Part shown: positions 37,149-47,387 of the stretch, piece after piece
How positions within the stretch are numbered: the first letter of the stretch is position 1
How the letters are laid out: every line of letters starts with the position of its first letter
NCBI GenBank assembly: GCA_041674185.1
Contig: JBAYWE010000004.1
Location: 186-64,185, forward strand
From: Minisyncoccota bacterium
GTDB lineage: Bacteria > Patescibacteriota > Minisyncoccia > UBA6257 > JAGOQP01
Direction: 5' to 3'
Length of the DNA: 64,000 nt
Notes under the pieces: model-generated
Seen by the model: only the letters and a program-made list of their open reading frames with translations
The model's database searches: none
Told to the model about the DNA's origin: nothing
Program-made: the position numbers and the translations under genes

Positions 37149-37220
37149 AGGCCACGGGCGGAGTTGAACCGCCGCATAGAGATTTTGCAGATCTCTGCCT
37201 TACCGCTTGGCTACGTGGCC
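37149..37220 (-). tRNA. tRNA-Cys (anticodon GCA)
   Basis: Acceptor GGCCACG/CGTGGCC, anticodon stem GAGAT/ATCTC with loop CTGCAAA, T-arm GGCGG-TTCAACT-CCGCC, discriminator U. Confidence 0.8.
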
Positions 37221-37269
37221 ACATATTTCTTTCTTAAAATTTCTTTTTGTTACCCTGTCAGAAATAATA

Positions 37270-37545
37270 CTACACAAAAACCAAAAACGGAATCTTTTTC
37301 ACCTTCATTTTCTTGAGTAACATAAACGCAAGGCCTCCTGCTCGTCTATTCAATCCCCCTAAAACCGCTTCTCGTTTCTCATCGGGAAATACCGCAACAG
37401 AAACAAGCGCTTGATCGTTTTCTAAATCAATATGTATATTGGTAATGGTAATCAAGGTATCGGCGTCTTCGATGGTCCGCACAATTTCTTCCGAAAGAAC
37501 CTGCTCCATAACACTTTCCATGCGTCTTGTTCTATAGAGTGTCAT
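37270..37545 (-). CDS. rbfA: Ribosome-binding factor A
   Basis: 91 aa, KH-like RbfA pattern, immediately downstream of infB as in the conserved infB-rbfA arrangement. Confidence 0.65.
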   Translation of the reverse strand: MTLYRTRRMESVMEQVLSEEIVRTIEDADTLITITNIHIDLENDQALVSVAVFPDEKREAVLGGLNRRAGGLAFMLLKKMKVKKIPFLVFV

Positions 37546-37547
37546 AC

Positions 37548-39014
37548 TTATTCTTCAAATTCTACAATGAGATGATCTCCCACCTCTAATGCAACAGGTG
37601 TTTCTACCATTAACCCACACTCTCCTTCTTCTACCCGTTTTGCATCCATTTTATTACGTTGCAAATTAGTAATACGTCCTCGTCCTAATGGCACATCGGC
37701 ACGAGATACTATAAATTTATCTTGTAATAAGAGTCGTCCTTCAGTTACTTTTCCTCCAATAACCCACTTTTTATTTTTATTACTAAACACCGCAAGAATT
37801 TCTAAAATACCCGCAACCGGTTTTTCATTTGCATGTTCATCCATCTCTTCTAACTTCTCAATAAGTCGGTAAATAATATCTGATGATACAATTTTGACGT
37901 GCTGCCCGATAGCAAGGTTTTCAGCGGGTTTCGCCACCCTTACATTAAAAGCGATAATAGTTGCATGAGTGGTACTCGCTAATTTTACATCTCCATCGGT
38001 TACATCTCCAACCGCTTGCGATACAATATGAATTTTAAAATTCTTGAGTGGCAACGCACTCAATACCTGAGCTAATGCCTCAAGAGATCCACAGACATCT
38101 GCTTTCAAAATAATTTTCACTGAACCTTCTTCTGGAGGAAGTACCTGTGTCTCTTCCTTTTCTGGAACGAGGACATCATTGTTATCTGTGGTTTTTAATG
38201 GTGAACCAATAATAAATTCCTCTCCTGTTTCAGGAAGTGTTTCAAATCCAATAATACGCGCGGGACTTGAGGGTTGTAACATCTGCGCACGCGTTCCTAG
38301 AAATGTTTCGAGTGTACGCACTTTTCCACACGCTGTTTTGGTACAAATATTTTCTCCCACCCGGACGGTTCCATCTTTAATAATAACCGACACTACAATT
38401 CCCTGTTGACCACTTCTATGTGCTTCTAATATATATCCTCGTCCTGCAGATGCGAGATCACAGGTAACCGATTCCATTTCCCACATGAGTAAGAGGTGGT
38501 CAAGTAATTCATCAATACCCGTTCCTTGTTTTGCAGAAATCTCAACCCACGCAATATCTCCTCCGTATTTTTCAAGGAGAACACTATTTCCCATTAACGA
38601 TTGCCGCGTTCGTTCTGGATCAGCGTTATTTTTATCAATTTTATTGATAGCCACCACAAACGGTGTACCACACTTTTTAAGAATATCAATTGCTTCTTTT
38701 GTTTGTGGTTTTACCCCATCATCAGCGGCAACAACGAGCACAGCCAAGTCAGCAATATCGGCACCACGCTGACGCATACACGTAAATGCTTGGTGTCCTG
38801 GTGTATCGATAAAAGTCATTTTTTGCTCTTTCCATACAATCTCATATGCTCCTGTTGCTTGAGTAATACCCCCCGCTTCACGCTCTGCAACGCGAGTCTT
38901 GCGTATATAGTCTAAAAGTGTTGTTTTACCATGATCAACATGACCCATAATGACCACCACGGGAGGACGGGTTACCTGTTCAGAAGCCTGATTTTGTGCG
39001 GTCGTTTTTGACAT
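37548..39014 (-). CDS. infB: Translation initiation factor IF-2 (short form, G domain to C2 only)
   Basis: G1 GHVDHGKTT, G3 DTPGH, G4 NKID, and the C-terminal beta-barrel domains. 488 aa. Confidence 0.85.
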   Translation of the reverse strand: MSKTTAQNQASEQVTRPPVVVIMGHVDHGKTTLLDYIRKTRVAEREAGGITQATGAYEIVWKEQKMTFIDTPGHQAFTCMRQRGADIADLAVLVVAADDGVKPQTKEAIDILKKCGTPFVVAINKIDKNNADPERTRQSLMGNSVLLEKYGGDIAWVEISAKQGTGIDELLDHLLLMWEMESVTCDLASAGRGYILEAHRSGQQGIVVSVIIKDGTVRVGENICTKTACGKVRTLETFLGTRAQMLQPSSPARIIGFETLPETGEEFIIGSPLKTTDNNDVLVPEKEETQVLPPEEGSVKIILKADVCGSLEALAQVLSALPLKNFKIHIVSQAVGDVTDGDVKLASTTHATIIAFNVRVAKPAENLAIGQHVKIVSSDIIYRLIEKLEEMDEHANEKPVAGILEILAVFSNKNKKWVIGGKVTEGRLLLQDKFIVSRADVPLGRGRITNLQRNKMDAKRVEEGECGLMVETPVALEVGDHLIVEFEE

Positions 39015-39114
39015 GGATTATATAATATCAGAAAATACAAAAAGAGCAAGTTTTATCAAGCTCAATCGCACAATGTTCATGCATGTACATATACCTCAAA
39101 CAGAGCATTCTCTG

Positions 39115-40191
39115 TTACATGTATTTATCCAATTCTTTTTTTGCCTTCTTAATAAATTTTCCAAATTGTTTGTCTTTTCCTCTTTTTTCAAGTTCGGTCA
39201 TCTCATAATAATCCGCCTCTTTTTTCAGGTTTACATAATTTTTATATCTATCTTCATCGAGATCACCAGACTTCACCGCAGAGAGAACCGCACACCCCGG
39301 TTCATGAATGTGTTCACAATCTACATATTTACACGCTCGAGATATATTCGTTATCTCCTCAAACAAATCAGCAACCCCCGCCTGACTATCAGCCATACCC
39401 ACTTCTCGCATTCCGGGATTATCTATTACAATACCGCCACTTTCTAAAAAATACATTTCTCTATGGGTGGTCGCGTGTTTCCCTCTCCCTGTACCCAATC
39501 CGATATCTTCAGTTTTTATAATACGCGCTCCGAGTAAGGCGTTAATAAGAGAAGACTTTCCCACTCCTGATGAACCGAGGAAGCAATATGTCTTTCCCTT
39601 GGTTATATATTTTTTTAATTCATTTAATCCCACCCCTGTGGCAGTACTCGTGACAACAACTCCAATATCAACAAATCTTTTTTTCAATTCATTTACCTTC
39701 GCCGCTAATTCTTCTGATGAAATGGTATCGATTTTATTTAATATCACCACCGGTTGTATGCCTCCCTCATGAGCTATAGCAAAATATCTTTCAAAACGAT
39801 TGAGATTATAATCTCTCCCCACCGATTCAACAATAAACGCTACATCAACATTCGTGGCGATAATTTGTATCTCATTTTTATTATTATATTTTCTTTTTAC
39901 AACGGTTCTTCTGGGTAAAATAGCGTGAATAACTCCCTGTTCTGTATTTAATTCGGTAATAGCAACCCAGTCCCCCACTGCAGGATAATCTTCCCGCGCA
40001 GTAGCCTCAAACATTTGTTTTCCCGTTACTTTTCCAAGGTACTCTCCATTCGTGTTTTTAACTTTGTACACTCCTTTATATTCAACAATAACACGCGCAA
40101 CGGAAAATGCGTCTAATTTTAATTTCTTGCGATGAGATTCGAAAAATGAATCGTAGCCTAAGTCTTCAATTTTTTTGAATGTGGGGGTCAT
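39115..40191 (-). CDS. rsgA: Ribosome small-subunit biogenesis GTPase RsgA (YjeQ)
   Basis: Circularly permuted GTPase: NKID precedes GSSGVGKSSLIN. C-terminal zinc finger CKYVDCEHIHEPGCAV. Confidence 0.85.
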   Translation of the reverse strand: MTPTFKKIEDLGYDSFFESHRKKLKLDAFSVARVIVEYKGVYKVKNTNGEYLGKVTGKQMFEATAREDYPAVGDWVAITELNTEQGVIHAILPRRTVVKRKYNNKNEIQIIATNVDVAFIVESVGRDYNLNRFERYFAIAHEGGIQPVVILNKIDTISSEELAAKVNELKKRFVDIGVVVTSTATGVGLNELKKYITKGKTYCFLGSSGVGKSSLINALLGARIIKTEDIGLGTGRGKHATTHREMYFLESGGIVIDNPGMREVGMADSQAGVADLFEEITNISRACKYVDCEHIHEPGCAVLSAVKSGDLDEDRYKNYVNLKKEADYYEMTELEKRGKDKQFGKFIKKAKKELDKYM

Positions 40192-40272
40192 GATAGCTCG
40201 GATTTATGAGGATATTTTAGCACTGTCGTGAGGTGGTTGGGAATGAACTCAGAATGCTGATGGGTTTTATTA

Positions 40273-41094
40273 TCAGTTAATAAAACATGGCGTAGCGGAA
40301 TATGTTGTTTTTTTACTCACCAGAAATAGGCTCCCATTATAACATTTATTTTGGGCTGAATTGATTTCACCGGACACTACAATATATGCCTTCCCACCAT
40401 CTCCGGATTCTGCACTTCTTAAACTTCCATCTGGGGTTTTAGTATATTTACCATCCCAAAAATAGAAGAAATCTTTGCTGGTAACTGCTGCTTTCGTACC
40501 ATTCAGGTTATATTCATCTATAAAAAAATTTAAAGCATCCTTTTCACTCTTGAAAGAAAAAGAATCATGAAGATTAATCGTTGATATTCCCATGCGTCCA
40601 ATTGTTTCGAGGCTATTTTCAAGAGGAATATTATTTGGTGAAATGGTAGGTGGAACACCAAGGGTCACGGCGTCTATCCTTTGTACCGACAACCAATCTT
40701 TTTTAATTATATATTTTACCGACAACTCACAGGTATTACCCACCGGCTCTAGGGATAAGGAACTTATTGTAATGTAAAGGTTAAATTGCGAATCCGAAAG
40801 TTTGTTCTCTGCTTGGAATGTTTTTTTCCAACCGCTGAGGTATGCCTCCGCGCTGTAGCTGATCAGATTGCTACAATTGTTGCGTAATGAAGGGTTTTGG
40901 GTTGTAGGCTCATTAGGAACGGGTGACGGATTTTTCACCGGAGGTGTTGATGATGAAGACGCGGGCGGTGTTGGTGTGGGAGTCGGTATCAACGGCGAAG
41001 CACTGCGCTGGATTATAGTAAAATATCCCACTATCCCAAGAACAATAACCACTCCGACCATAAGCACAATATTAAGAGATCCCTTTTTATTCAT
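40273..41094 (-). CDS. Secreted hypothetical protein with Pro/Thr-rich linker
   Basis: N-terminal TM/signal, PTPTPTPP linker, then a globular domain. Confidence 0.45.
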   Translation of the reverse strand: MNKKGSLNIVLMVGVVIVLGIVGYFTIIQRSASPLIPTPTPTPPASSSSTPPVKNPSPVPNEPTTQNPSLRNNCSNLISYSAEAYLSGWKKTFQAENKLSDSQFNLYITISSLSLEPVGNTCELSVKYIIKKDWLSVQRIDAVTLGVPPTISPNNIPLENSLETIGRMGISTINLHDSFSFKSEKDALNFFIDEYNLNGTKAAVTSKDFFYFWDGKYTKTPDGSLRSAESGDGGKAYIVVSGEINSAQNKCYNGSLFLVSKKTTYSATPCFIN

Positions 41095-41264
41095 AGTAAT
41101 GTTTTAATATATGTATTTTAGCACCGATTGATATAACTCACCAACACACACATCACTGAAAAAATACTTACATATGAAAAATAGAAACATTGACCTAAAA
41201 CACATTTTATGCTAACGTATAATCAGTGCTTTTAATTTTCTAACTAAATCTGTAGGAGGTTCCA

Positions 41265-41615
41265 GTGCCTATAATTAAAGTTTGGTGTCTTCCGGCCAGT
41301 CAATCTGAAGATGGTTTACGAATACTTCATAAGACTATCGTTCATGCGGTGGTTAGCGTATCAAAACTTGGTTTAAAAGACCAAAATGATATGACCTGCC
41401 TCTTTCCTCCCGATCTCATGAAATATGGGCTTGGAGAAGAAATTATTATTGAAGTGAGTGGATTATTCGAAAAACCAGAACGTACCGGCGAAGTTTTTCA
41501 GGAACTTGCAAAAAATCTCGGAGAAAGTGTACACGCACTATACCCCGATGCGAAAGTTGAATGTTTTATTCAGTCATTTAATCCGACGCAAGGATTTTGG
41601 ACTTCTGCGGGATAA
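41265..41615 (+). CDS. Small hypothetical protein (GTG start)
   Basis: TAGGAGGT Shine-Dalgarno sequence 6 nt upstream of the GTG. 116 aa. Confidence 0.4.
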   Translation: MPIIKVWCLPASQSEDGLRILHKTIVHAVVSVSKLGLKDQNDMTCLFPPDLMKYGLGEEIIIEVSGLFEKPERTGEVFQELAKNLGESVHALYPDAKVECFIQSFNPTQGFWTSAG

Positions 41616-41636
41616 TATATTCCAGTTGTTCTTTTT

Positions 41637-41667
41637 TAAAATCACCCGATTACGTTGGGTGATTTTT
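41637..41667. terminator. Bidirectional terminator (AAAATCACCCGA-TTACG-TTGGGTGATTTTT)
   Basis: Between convergent 41265..41615 (+) and 41695..42621 (-). Confidence 0.65.
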
Positions 41668-41694
41668 TTGAGTGAGAAAAAATAAAAAAGACCT

Positions 41695-42621
41695 TTATTT
41701 TTCTAATTCATCTTTAAGGAGAGGGACAATTTGCTTTCTCATAATTAAACTCGATCGTTCTGCAACTACTCCAATAAAATGTATATCTAAAATCTTTTCT
41801 AACAATTTTTGTGTTTCTGAGTCTTGAGTAACAAAAAAGTTTTTAGCACCCTCGAGTTCAATGGTATTTTGGAAGATATAATCTAACTTCATTTCTGTTT
41901 TGGTCTTTTCTAAAATCTGCACAATTTCATCACTTCTCTCATGTATAAGTTCTTCTGCTCCGATCATTTCAATTTGAGCAATACCAACATTCTTACCACC
42001 CATCACAAACCATGCAAAATTGTCCTCTATTTTTTCTGTAAGCTTATCACCTGATACGTCAGATTTTGCTATAAATAAATCTCTCCAAAAATCTTCAGGT
42101 AACTTCGCAATTTTATTGAGTTCCTCCACTACCGCTTTATCGCGATCAGTAGTTACTCCTCCTTTAAAATTAAGGGTGTTAGAAATTATTGCCCCACATA
42201 TAAGGGTGACTGATTCTTGAGAGATTTCAATCTTGTTTTGTATAAATTTTTCGGCAACTAAGGTAGCCGCCGCCCCAACAAGTTCAATATGTACCTTCGC
42301 GTGGGGAAACTTTTCTGCTTCATGAATTTTTCGATGATCTATAATTTCAATAACCTTCTCTGGTGCAATGTTACCCTCGAGACCATTGAGATCACTTGCG
42401 TCTACCAGAATTACTTTTTCATAGTTATCAGCATTCAAAATTAATTTTGGATATGAAAAACCAAAACGATTAAGAATGTATCTTGCCTCATCTTGCGGTT
42501 CACCCATAATCCCTACTTCACACTCGGTACCCATCTTCTTTAAAAATTCTGCATACCCAATCGCCCCCGCTACACCGTCGAGGTCTGGATTTACATAACA
42601 AGTTATAAGTATTGGCTTCAT
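41695..42621 (-). CDS. DHH-family phosphoesterase, family II inorganic pyrophosphatase-like
   Basis: N-terminus ILITCYVNPDLDGVAGAIGYAEF resembles the family II PPase start. Contains LVDASD...IIDHRK in place of the canonical DHH triad. 308 aa with a DHHA2-like C-terminus. Confidence 0.5.
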   Translation of the reverse strand: MKPILITCYVNPDLDGVAGAIGYAEFLKKMGTECEVGIMGEPQDEARYILNRFGFSYPKLILNADNYEKVILVDASDLNGLEGNIAPEKVIEIIDHRKIHEAEKFPHAKVHIELVGAAATLVAEKFIQNKIEISQESVTLICGAIISNTLNFKGGVTTDRDKAVVEELNKIAKLPEDFWRDLFIAKSDVSGDKLTEKIEDNFAWFVMGGKNVGIAQIEMIGAEELIHERSDEIVQILEKTKTEMKLDYIFQNTIELEGAKNFFVTQDSETQKLLEKILDIHFIGVVAERSSLIMRKQIVPLLKDELEK

Positions 42622-42708
42622 GAGTTAATTATAGCCGAGATTCAAGGGTTTTGGTAAGGGTATTTTAGCACTATTGTGAGGTGGTTGGGAATGGTATAAT
42701 CCGCTTAT

Positions 42709-43116
42709 ATGCGTATCGTTGGAATTATACAAATAACAGAAGATAAATTTTTACTTCTACACCGCGTGAAACCACATGAGGATTATTTTACATTTCCCGG
42801 AGGAGCGATAGAAAAAGGAGAGGATGGGGTAGACGCCCTCAGACGTGAAATGCAAGAAGAATTAAGCATTAGTGATATACAAGTTAGAAAAGCATTTGAA
42901 TTAACAAATAGAGGGAACCAAGAACATTGGTATTATGTAGACGGATACAGAGGAGTGCCAATAATTAGTGGACCCGAAAAAGAACGCATGAGCGAACAGA
43001 ATCAATATCTTATAGAATACAAATCTCTTGAAGAAATGAAGGCTCTGGATAATTTCTTCCCTAAAGAAGCGATAGAGATGATAGAGAAAAGTCTTGAGAC
43101 AGAATCAAATCCATAG
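42709..43116 (+). CDS. NUDIX hydrolase
   Basis: Nudix box GGAIEKGEDGVDALRREMQEELSI. Confidence 0.75.
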   Translation: MRIVGIIQITEDKFLLLHRVKPHEDYFTFPGGAIEKGEDGVDALRREMQEELSISDIQVRKAFELTNRGNQEHWYYVDGYRGVPIISGPEKERMSEQNQYLIEYKSLEEMKALDNFFPKEAIEMIEKSLETESNP

Positions 43117-43117
43117 T

Positions 43118-43450
43118 CTATATACGTTTCACTCGTATCCCAACAACGCCATGTTGTTTCTCTTCTTCTGGAGAATAATATTTATATATCTGCATTAATT
43201 CTTCTTCATCTTTGCCACCAAAAACTTCTGGGGTGTCCGTATCGTATAACTCTGAGAATGTCGGCTTGATAATAAGATCAATAATTTTTACTCTTAGTTT
43301 TTCTTCTGGGTTTTCTCGGTTTTCAAATTCAATCTCGTCTCCAATAGAAAGAAGGCGCCTCTTTTCATCGTTTATTCTTGTCTCTATTATTTGCTTCCCG
43401 CTCTTTATGAGATTAAACGGGTGAGAATGTAGATGCATGTGGTGGGGCAT
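43118..43450 (-). CDS. ASCH-domain protein
   Basis: 110 aa. N-terminal pattern (FNLIKSGKQIIETRINDEKRR...GDEIEF) typical of ASCH/PUA-like domains. Confidence 0.55.
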   Translation of the reverse strand: MPHHMHLHSHPFNLIKSGKQIIETRINDEKRRLLSIGDEIEFENRENPEEKLRVKIIDLIIKPTFSELYDTDTPEVFGGKDEEELMQIYKYYSPEEEKQHGVVGIRVKRI

Positions 43451-43499
43451 AGTGGGGGGGTGATAGGTCTATGTTTTCACAAAATTATTTTACGCAACT

Positions 43500-46400
43500 C
43501 TATACAGGTAAATATTCACGATAAACTCGTACCGTTTCTTGATAAATTGATTCTATTAAACGTTCTGCCTGTATCTGTTCCACAAAACCTTTTTGGATTA
43601 AAAGTAATCTTACATTCTGACGAATACGTGCTTTTATAGTCTCATTATTTGTCCAATCAATTGCAAGATCGCGGCGTATTCGCTTTGTGAGATCTTTTAC
43701 AAATTCTTTTATATCAATCCCTGCATTTTTAAGATCTGGATCTGCAATAAGAGTATCATAAAAAACAATCTCTTCAGAAGACAAGCCAAGATTTACACTT
43801 TCTTGATCTAACTTTTTTATTTCATCCGCTATCTCAAGGAGGCGTTTTATAATCTCTGCCGAGCTAATAACATTGTTCTCATATTTTTCTATAAGATCAG
43901 TAAGAAGAGTGATCATTGTTTCATATCTTGCTTTATTTTTTCTCATTCGTGCAACAATCTCTTTATTAAGTAATTTACGAATCACGTCGACTGCAAAGTT
44001 CTTAAACTTCACCTTCTTTATTTCTTCGCTAAATCGCGGATCAAAAATAGAAATGGTTTCTTTTTCTCCATCTTCATTTGCAAATAAATCTATAACTCCT
44101 TCTGCCTGTATTGTGTCCTGAATTAAATTGCGAATAGCACTTTCGGTCTCTTCAGGAAATATAGCATGAGGCACAACTGTTTGTTTATTAATTGCACCAC
44201 GAATTGCTTGAAAAAACTGTATATCAGTAGCGATGTTCATTGCTTCTTCTCCGGGCATAACTAGCGCGTGTAATTTTGAGAGTTTTGAAACTGCACCTAT
44301 ATATTTCATCTTTCTATCATCCGAGAGAATCCCATGATCTGAGATTACTTCGTTGATACTAGCTTGAAATAATTCCACCAGTTCAATGCCTTTCTTCTTT
44401 TTCCATTCTGAAAAAGAAACATTTCCAAAGAAATCACTTGTTGTCTGATAAAGTTTTTTCATCTCTAAAATAACCTCATCAAGAGGGATGAGTGCGTTCC
44501 GCTGAACATCCGAATCATAAATGGCAAGCGCCTTTTTTAGGTTATCTGCGACACCGATATAATCAACAATAAGTCCACCTGGTTTGTCTTTATAAACACG
44601 ATTTACACGGGCAATTGCCTGCATAAGCCCATGATTCTTGAGTGGTTTATCAAGATACATGGTATGTAGGTTTGGGACATCAAATCCAGTAAGCCACATA
44701 TCACATACGATAGCGATTTTTAGTGGATCATTTGTTTTCCTAAAATGTTTTTCTAACTTCTTTACGTCTCGTTCAGTTTGAATGTCTGATGCAAAATCTT
44801 CACTTTTTGAAATAACTACTGCACACTCTGGAGCCCCTGGTATTTTTTTAATTGCATTATACATTTGAACCGCAATAGAACGGCTCATGGTAACCACCAT
44901 CGCTTTACCTTCAATAGGACGAATAGTGTAGTGAGCAACTATATCTTTTGCAATTTGTTCAATACGGCTTGGTGCACCAACTACTTTTTCTAATACTGCC
45001 CATTCTTTTTGAGCTCGCATTCTTTCGTCAATCACAATCTCACCCAAAAGATCATCGAGTTTACTATCAATAAATCTATCCGCTAAATGAAGTGGAATAA
45101 GACGTCCTTCATAGAAAATTGGAACCGTCGCACCATCTTTTACTGCCTGTCCGATTTTATATGAACTCACAATATCTCCAAATACACGAACTGTATCGTG
45201 ATCATTATGAGAAATGGGGGTTCCTGTTACACCCAAAAAGCTCACGTGAGGAAGTGCGCGACGGACGTTTCCTGCAAGCATACTATATTGAGTGCGATGT
45301 GCCTCATCAGTAAGTACAATAATATTTTCTCTCTCAGTAAGAACATTGTGTGCATCTGGATCTTCTTGAAATTTTTGGATTGTAGTAAAAATAAGCTCAC
45401 TTCCCAGATGAGAGAGTTTATCTTTTAGATCTTTTATTGTCGTGGCTCGTTTTGCGAGAGTACCATATCCTGTACGACTAAATGTTTTAAATAACTGATC
45501 ATCAAGATCTTCGCGATCAGTAAGAAACACATATGCAGGACTTTTTAGTTCCGGAATACTTTTTGTCTTATTTACATAAAAAACCATAGAGAGTGACTTA
45601 CCAGATCCTTGCGTGTGCCAAAAAACACCGATCTTTCGATCTTGATTACCAAGCACTGAATGAATTGTGCTTTCAATAGTTTTGTTTACTCCATAATATT
45701 GGTGATAAAGTGCCATCTTCTTTGTATAAGTCACCGCATCTCCATCACTATCCGCCTCAAAGATGGTAAAGTTTTGAATAACATCAAGTAAGCGGACTTT
45801 ATCAAAAAGACCTTTTGTTAATACCTCAAGTTGAGTGGTGTCTCTTGGTGAATCATTTTCTAATTCAATTCCCTTCCATGTTCCGTATCTTTCCCACGAT
45901 GAAGATATTGTTCCGTGTCGAGCGTCAGTTAAATCACTTAGACAAATAATTTGGTTATATAAAAATAGTTTTGGAATTTCTTTTTTGTAATATTCAATAT
46001 CTCGATATGCTTGTCCAATTGATGCTTGTTCACGAGTGGGGCTTTTAAGTTCAAACACTCCAAGGGGGATACCATTTACAAATAAAACAGCATCTAGGCG
46101 ACATATATTATCAATCCCCTGAACAGTGAATTGATTCACTATAAGAAACTCATTTGCCTCTGGGTTTGAGAAATTAATAAGCTTTACCAATTCCGTTTTT
46201 TCTTCTCCGTCTTCTTTCCATGTTTTTTTCACTCCTTCGGTAATATTAAAATATATCTCTCTATTGCCCAGCATAAGATCGGGGTTGTGGAAACTAGAAA
46301 TATCATTCACTACCTGTTCTGCCTGCATTTGGGGAAGTTGTGGATTTAAACGACGAACAGCACCAAGGAGATGATTTTTTAGCACAACCTCACGGAAGTT

Positions 46401-46523
46401 TTCACGTTCCGCATTGGGTTGTCCTGGATTTATCTCTGGACCATATAAGTACTCATAACCCTGGCTTTGTAGCCATTGGATAAGAGATTGTTCTGTTAAG
46501 TTATTTTCGTTAAGGGGGTTCAT
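43500..46523 (-). CDS. hsdR: Type I restriction enzyme R subunit (HsdR)
   Basis: 1007 aa. N-terminal nuclease region, SF2 helicase motifs including DEAH (VLTDEAHRTQ). Last gene of the operon. Confidence 0.85.
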   Translation of the reverse strand: MNPLNENNLTEQSLIQWLQSQGYEYLYGPEINPGQPNAERENFREVVLKNHLLGAVRRLNPQLPQMQAEQVVNDISSFHNPDLMLGNREIYFNITEGVKKTWKEDGEEKTELVKLINFSNPEANEFLIVNQFTVQGIDNICRLDAVLFVNGIPLGVFELKSPTREQASIGQAYRDIEYYKKEIPKLFLYNQIICLSDLTDARHGTISSSWERYGTWKGIELENDSPRDTTQLEVLTKGLFDKVRLLDVIQNFTIFEADSDGDAVTYTKKMALYHQYYGVNKTIESTIHSVLGNQDRKIGVFWHTQGSGKSLSMVFYVNKTKSIPELKSPAYVFLTDREDLDDQLFKTFSRTGYGTLAKRATTIKDLKDKLSHLGSELIFTTIQKFQEDPDAHNVLTERENIIVLTDEAHRTQYSMLAGNVRRALPHVSFLGVTGTPISHNDHDTVRVFGDIVSSYKIGQAVKDGATVPIFYEGRLIPLHLADRFIDSKLDDLLGEIVIDERMRAQKEWAVLEKVVGAPSRIEQIAKDIVAHYTIRPIEGKAMVVTMSRSIAVQMYNAIKKIPGAPECAVVISKSEDFASDIQTERDVKKLEKHFRKTNDPLKIAIVCDMWLTGFDVPNLHTMYLDKPLKNHGLMQAIARVNRVYKDKPGGLIVDYIGVADNLKKALAIYDSDVQRNALIPLDEVILEMKKLYQTTSDFFGNVSFSEWKKKKGIELVELFQASINEVISDHGILSDDRKMKYIGAVSKLSKLHALVMPGEEAMNIATDIQFFQAIRGAINKQTVVPHAIFPEETESAIRNLIQDTIQAEGVIDLFANEDGEKETISIFDPRFSEEIKKVKFKNFAVDVIRKLLNKEIVARMRKNKARYETMITLLTDLIEKYENNVISSAEIIKRLLEIADEIKKLDQESVNLGLSSEEIVFYDTLIADPDLKNAGIDIKEFVKDLTKRIRRDLAIDWTNNETIKARIRQNVRLLLIQKGFVEQIQAERLIESIYQETVRVYREYLPV

Positions 46524-47383
46524 GATGTGTGTATTCTTGAAACCATATCTTTTACATCAGACATCATTTCTTTTATATCTGATAAAACAGGAATTGTCGA
46601 TTTATTCCCCACAATTTCTTTTGTCTCATTTTGTCTTATATTTGTCATCGGCGATGAATAAAGTTTACCAATCGCATCTAGTATAAAATCAAGCTTTTTC
46701 TTATATTCATCATCGTCTTTATCAGAGAATAGATTCTCAACTATCTCCTTGTAAGCTTCTAGGGAACGGGCGATAGAGGCCTTAAACTCATATTCTTCAA
46801 TTAATTTTTCTCCTCGTGAATATTGTCCGCTGATAAAGATTTCAAAAAATATAATTGGAGACGTAGCTGCTAGTTTAACTAAAAAATTTATCTCAAATAT
46901 ATTTCCGCCATTAGATGTCTGCCAGATAACTATTCCAGCAACCGATAAAAGAAGAGCCATACTAGTACCGAATAACCACCAAAACCAACTCTTATTACTT
47001 AATTTTAATCCGTCTCTAACCTTATCGAATGAATTGGAAAGTTTTTCATTAGAAATAGTTCCCAATTGTTGTAGTGAAAGACTTTGGATTTCGTCACTTT
47101 TTGTTTTAAGTTCATCTACTACTTTCTTGGTTTCTTCGGTTAAGGTTTGCTGTTCCTTGGTGGTCTCTTTTAAAGTAGCAATTTCCCCAATCAAGTTTTC
47201 TAGCTCTTCCTTCTTTTTAGGAATCGCATCTATATTTTCTTTTTGTGCTTGTACTTCAGCAATTAATGTATCTATTACTTGTTTTTGGGTGATAAAATTT
47301 TGTACTAAAGCGTTAAGATCTCCTAGCGCCCTTAGGTTTTGATCTATATCTGCTAACTTTTGTTGTACTTCTTTTGTTTTCAT
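46520..47383 (-). CDS. Coiled-coil / two-TM protein embedded between hsdS and hsdR; function unknown
   Basis: About 130 aa of N-terminal coiled coil, two TM helices (WFWWLFGTSMALLLSVAGIVIW and SPIIFFEIFISG), then a C-terminal soluble domain. Overlaps the hsdR start by 4 nt. Confidence 0.5.
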   Translation of the reverse strand: MKTKEVQQKLADIDQNLRALGDLNALVQNFITQKQVIDTLIAEVQAQKENIDAIPKKKEELENLIGEIATLKETTKEQQTLTEETKKVVDELKTKSDEIQSLSLQQLGTISNEKLSNSFDKVRDGLKLSNKSWFWWLFGTSMALLLSVAGIVIWQTSNGGNIFEINFLVKLAATSPIIFFEIFISGQYSRGEKLIEEYEFKASIARSLEAYKEIVENLFSDKDDDEYKKKLDFILDAIGKLYSSPMTNIRQNETKEIVGNKSTIPVLSDIKEMMSDVKDMVSRIHTS

Positions 47384-47387
47384 AAAT

